Program-made: the position numbers and the translations under genes | The notes under the pieces: generated by a model | What the model was told of the DNA's origin: nothing | Databases searched by the model: none | Seen by the model: only the letters and a program-made list of their open reading frames with translations | DNA from: Eledone cirrhosa | Lineage: Eukaryota | Length of the DNA stretch: 64,000 nucleotides | Direction of reading: 5' to 3' | Assembly: GCA_964016885.1 (NCBI GenBank) | Contig: OZ024752.1 | Coordinates: forward strand, 44,702,001 to 44,766,000 | Part shown: in pieces, positions 59,736-64,000 of the stretch | Position numbering within the stretch: position 1 is the first letter of the stretch | Layout of the letters: each line of letters begins with the position of its first letter

Positions 59736-61254
59736 TAGGTGTCAGCAGGTATTTGGTTGTAATTTCTAACAGGCCTAGCTATACGTTGGCTCGATTCCGA
59801 GTATTATTTCTACATTCAGCAAAACATTGTCACCATGATGTTTATGACGGACATAGCTGGACAGTTTCAGTTTGCTATGGAATAGCTGTTGGCAGAAGTT
59901 ACAGAATAATTTGGACGGAAGATGTAGTACTTTAATCTTTACCGTCCTTTCAGTGCGTCGTTGATCCTTGTGCTAACTTTCTTGGACACAATGAAGTGTA
60001 GAACTATTGAACTGCAGTGAACATGTAGTAATAACAATACTGAACGACGGTAGATTCCTTTGATAAAACCAGTGAAGCGGTGCTTGAGTAATGTCATTGT
60101 TCAATCAGTAAAAAACAAGTTCGTAATTCTAATAAACTACATAGCATTAGCTAAGGGAGTTAACTATGTATTGTCTTGAGTTACGTCCCGTGAATAATCC
60201 ACTGCTAAATATTAAGTGGTTTATTTTGTCAAATTCTCAGATACAGGTGATTAATTCCACAAGTATTGGCCTTATTTCCAACAAACATTCAGCTCCTTCA
60301 TCCTTTGACTTCCTTACATCCCTAAACGACAACCACATGACATGTAGAAGTTATAACATCACTCTAGACATTTTACTATAATTTGTTCACTATTATTAAC
60401 AATTTTTACTGTTTATTGAGGGATAGCAGGGCCGTGCCCATGACCCTTTTAAGGGCCACCAAGACTGGTGTGTGGGAGGGAGGTATCCCCAAAGCAGAGT
60501 CAATATTTGCAACAAGGTAAACTTCACTAAAGGCACTGGTGGTGTTAAACCAGGTAATGTATTAATCCTTTTGATACCAAACCACCACTGATACAAAAGT
60601 GTTATCTTTATCTAAAATCCTTTTACTATAATTTTAGGTAAAAACCTTTGTTAAGTTATGTTCCAAATACTAGTTTAATAATGATAGTTATTTTACAAAA
60701 TTGCCCTGAATTCTTGATTATTTCCAAAATGACTTTCATTAGAAATATGGCAACAAAAGAGTTAAGTCTACCACCCATGAGAATATAAGAACTCATAGTG
60801 TTAATTTTGTATTTCACACTTCCCAGAAGTGATGAAATTCTTACCAATTATACAGTGGAGCCAATTCTATAGCTTGTTCCTTTCAAATGGTCAGAGGAAA
60901 TCAATACAGTTATACATAATTTAGCACAACACTTACAGACTGTAATGTTCCAGAATGAAACTGCAAAAATATTTGTGATGTTTTCTAACCTTGGTAAAAT
61001 CCCTCATGTCATGGGAGAGATTGTAATTGATTTAACTGACCCAAGACTTGACTGGTACGGGGGTAGGTGTGAACTCAAAACATTCTAGGATAAAGAAGCT
61101 AAATACAGCAATCTAATCTAACGTGTTTCCAATTTTGAGATGATTTCCTGGACTCTTTTTACCATGTGGGGGACCAAGCAATCTTTCTAGTGTTGGTATT
61201 ATAAAATGTACCGAGTTACGGGTGAGGAATTGAAGAATGTATTCACTCAAAGAT

Positions 61255-62080
61255 GAACAAAGTGCCTGGATATGACTCTTTGAGTACAAAGATTGTTAAA
61301 ATTGCATATGAATCAATAAAAGTCCCATTACTACATGCCTTTAAAACTTCATTTGCGTGTGGATGAAATGAAAATAGCAAAAGTCCTGCTGCTTTTTAAA
61401 TCAGGAACAAAGACAGAAGTTGATTACAGACCAATATCATTCTTACCAGTCTTCTCCAAATTACTGGAGAGACTCATTCACTCTCATCGTTTGGTTTTCA
61501 AAATAATTCCAGTGTAAACTATGGACTGATAAAACTCATTAACCTTTTAGTATTTACATTACTCTATATTTACCATTGTATTTTTGCGGTAAAGGCTTTA
61601 CCTCATATAATATTGAGTCTATGAGATTTTGATATTATTTATTTTGAGAACAATACCTTAACATCAGAATGTGTCGCCAGCTATAGCCGGTATAAACAGA
61701 AAAAGGTGAGAGAATTCTGGCCAGATATGGCTGGTTTAAATGCTAAAGGGTTAATGACATCATGACAGCTTTGTCAAATAAACATGTTCCACTTTTTGAC
61801 CTCAGTAAAGCTTTCAACACTATTGATCATAGAATACTCATAAAAACTTGAAAATTACTGGGAAAGAACTTATCATGGTTTGAAAGTTACTTAGACAATA
61901 GATACCGCCATCATCTTCACCGTTTTACATCTATTTTTCCATGCTAGCATGGGTTAGACGAGTTGTCCTGTTGTGGGTAATGTTAGATCAGGTGACAATG
62001 TCTTCCTCATACCAGTTTGTACAAATTGTTGACACTGAATCCAAGCACAGCCAATACCTTGTGGTGTCCCTTAAGGCTGA
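61255..62080 (+). mobile_element. CR1/Crack-like LINE reverse-transcriptase relic, interrupted by a MITE and a SINE-tail fragment
   Basis: Fragments PGYDSLSTKIVK, KIAKVLLLFKSG..DYRPISFLPVFSKLLERLI, FDLSKAFNTIDHRIL, LSWFESYLDNR and CGVP, with frameshifts and stops. Confidence 0.75.
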
Positions 62081-62111
62081 ATATTACATCCACTCCTTTT
62101 TCAATAACAAT

Positions 62112-62304
62112 AATAATGTTTCTACTTTTGGCACAAGGCCAGCAATTACCCCAGTGTATTACTGGCACTTTATTTTATCGACCCCGTAAGGATGAAAGGC
62201 AAAGTTAACCTTAGCGGGATTTGATCTCAGTTCGTAAAGGGCCGTAACTCTATGCTGGAAAGCATGGCGTCCGACCCCCTACCGATACTGCCAATCCACC
62301 ACCC
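62112..62304 (-). mobile_element. tRNA-derived SINE, full length; partial copies also at ~10593-10697, 24848-24943, 27482-27602 and 43797-43900
   Basis: Reverse-complement match to the family. Confidence 0.8.
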
Positions 62305-63483
62305 GTAATAATAATAATAATAACAACAACAAGAATAACCATAAAGTTCCGTCTGTCTTTACTACATTCATTCATTTGTGTTTTGAAAAGAAATGAAAAA
62401 TAATAAAAAATAAACAAGTCACTTTGTTTTGTCTTTTTTTTCTATAACATCACAATTTGGCTGATTATGTTTTTTTTTTTTTTTTTCTATAACAGAAAAT
62501 AAAAATAAAATAACAAATATATTAATATAACAGAAATAATAAACATCTCTCTAGTGACATGTTAGGGTGGGGTAGGGTGGGGTGTGAGGTATTCTTCTCT
62601 CAATGTATCAATGTGTAAGAAGATGGACATAAAAGTAGGATATATGGATATATATATATAAGTATGTATGCATATATATATATATATATATGTATATATG
62701 TTTGCGTGCATATATATATGTGTATGTATGTGTATATAAATATATATGTATGTGTGTATGTATATATTTCTGGTCTCTGGTGCCCTATCATCATCATAGG
62801 CAGCTTTTGCTGTTGAGAATTTGATTCTCTTGAATTTACGTCTTTTATTATCATCATCATCGTTTTTATACTCTCTTTTCTTTGCTGAGTTGGACTGGAT
62901 GTGACTTTTTGAGGCAATGTTTTACACCCAGGTACTCTTCCTGGTGGCAACCCTTATAGTTGCCTCATACAACACTCAAGGACAGGGTGCACCTATTCTA
63001 AAAAACCAGGATATATTCAGCAAAAGATAGAAATCCCTAACAAATATCACTGTGATGTTCAACGTGAAGAGAAGTGTAAGGATATTATTATTATTATTTA
63101 TCTAGAGGGTTATTTATGACATCAGTATTCTAAAGCACTCCGTCAATTCTGTAAGCTGGTTGGCATTAGGAAGGGCACCCAGTTGTAGAAAACCAAGCCA
63201 AAATCGGATCATATGAACAAGATGTGGTCACCTGACCTGCCTGGGCTCATAACACGACAGCCCATCTAATCCATACAAGCATCGTAAATAGACGTTAAAC
63301 AGTGACGATGATGATGATGATGATGACGAGAACAACGCATTCATATACATATATTGACATTATAGCATGTGTGTGTGTTTATGTGTGTGTATGTGCATGT
63401 ATATACATACACATACATATTGATGTGATAGTATATATGTATTAATATATGTACAGTGTGTGTATGTATGTCGTATATATATG

Positions 63484-63542
<59 letters not shown>

Positions 63543-64000
63543 TAAACACAATTTAATATGGGAATGGCTTCTACAGGACTAGAACTGTTTCATTTGTATG
63601 ATTGAGTACCTTATTTATTATTGTGGTTACCCCCGATTTCACAAGGGGATCTATATATATATATATAAGAGTGAATGTATGGAGCACATTAAACCAGTAA
63701 TAACAATATTATTTGACAGGAAAATAAGTTTCATTTCAGTATGAAATAACTGTCCACTTTAACCCTTTAGTATTCACATTACTCTATATATACTAGTGTA
63801 TTTTGAGGGGTAAAAGCTTTACCTCACATAATATCGAATCTATGAGATTTTGATGTTATTTATTTTGAGAACAATACCTTAACATTAATCATTAGTACTT
63901 TAAAGAAAGCAGATTGTAGATATTATTTAAAATATCTAAGCCCTCTGATCAAGGTTAAATCCTTTCAAAGTGGCTGAGTAATGAGTCTTGTTCCTCTGAA

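Overview
AT-rich, intron- and repeat-rich animal DNA. The SINE, RTE-tail and microsatellite landscape suggests an octopod cephalopod (inference). Manual exon stitching using GT-AG boundaries and phase continuity gives four genes. (1) CCT4/TCP-1-delta: minus strand, 14 exons, 5327-14956, about 531 aa. (2) DTL/Cdt2: plus strand, 15 exons, 15304-24250, about 654 aa, head-to-head with CCT4 across 347 bp. (3) NCAPG2: minus strand, 28 exons, about 26835-45822, about 1155 aa. (4) An unrecognised minus-strand gene (about 49922-57393) whose product is a long low-complexity region ending in an NXF1/TAP-type UBA-like (TAP-C) domain, with no visible RRM, LRR or NTF2-like domains. The rest is tRNA-derived SINEs, TTAA-flanked piggyBac-like MITEs, Tc1/mariner relics and MITEs, RTE and CR1-like LINE fragments, and many mini- and microsatellites. 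There are also several small (TA)n-embedded elements carrying hammerhead-ribozyme motifs (Penelope-like); one at 3229-3280 looks structurally complete. The most notable items are the TAP-C-only gene, the hammerhead-bearing element families, candidate H/ACA RNAs in CCT4 introns, and minisatellites arising from transposon segments. All calls were made by eye; no database searches were run.
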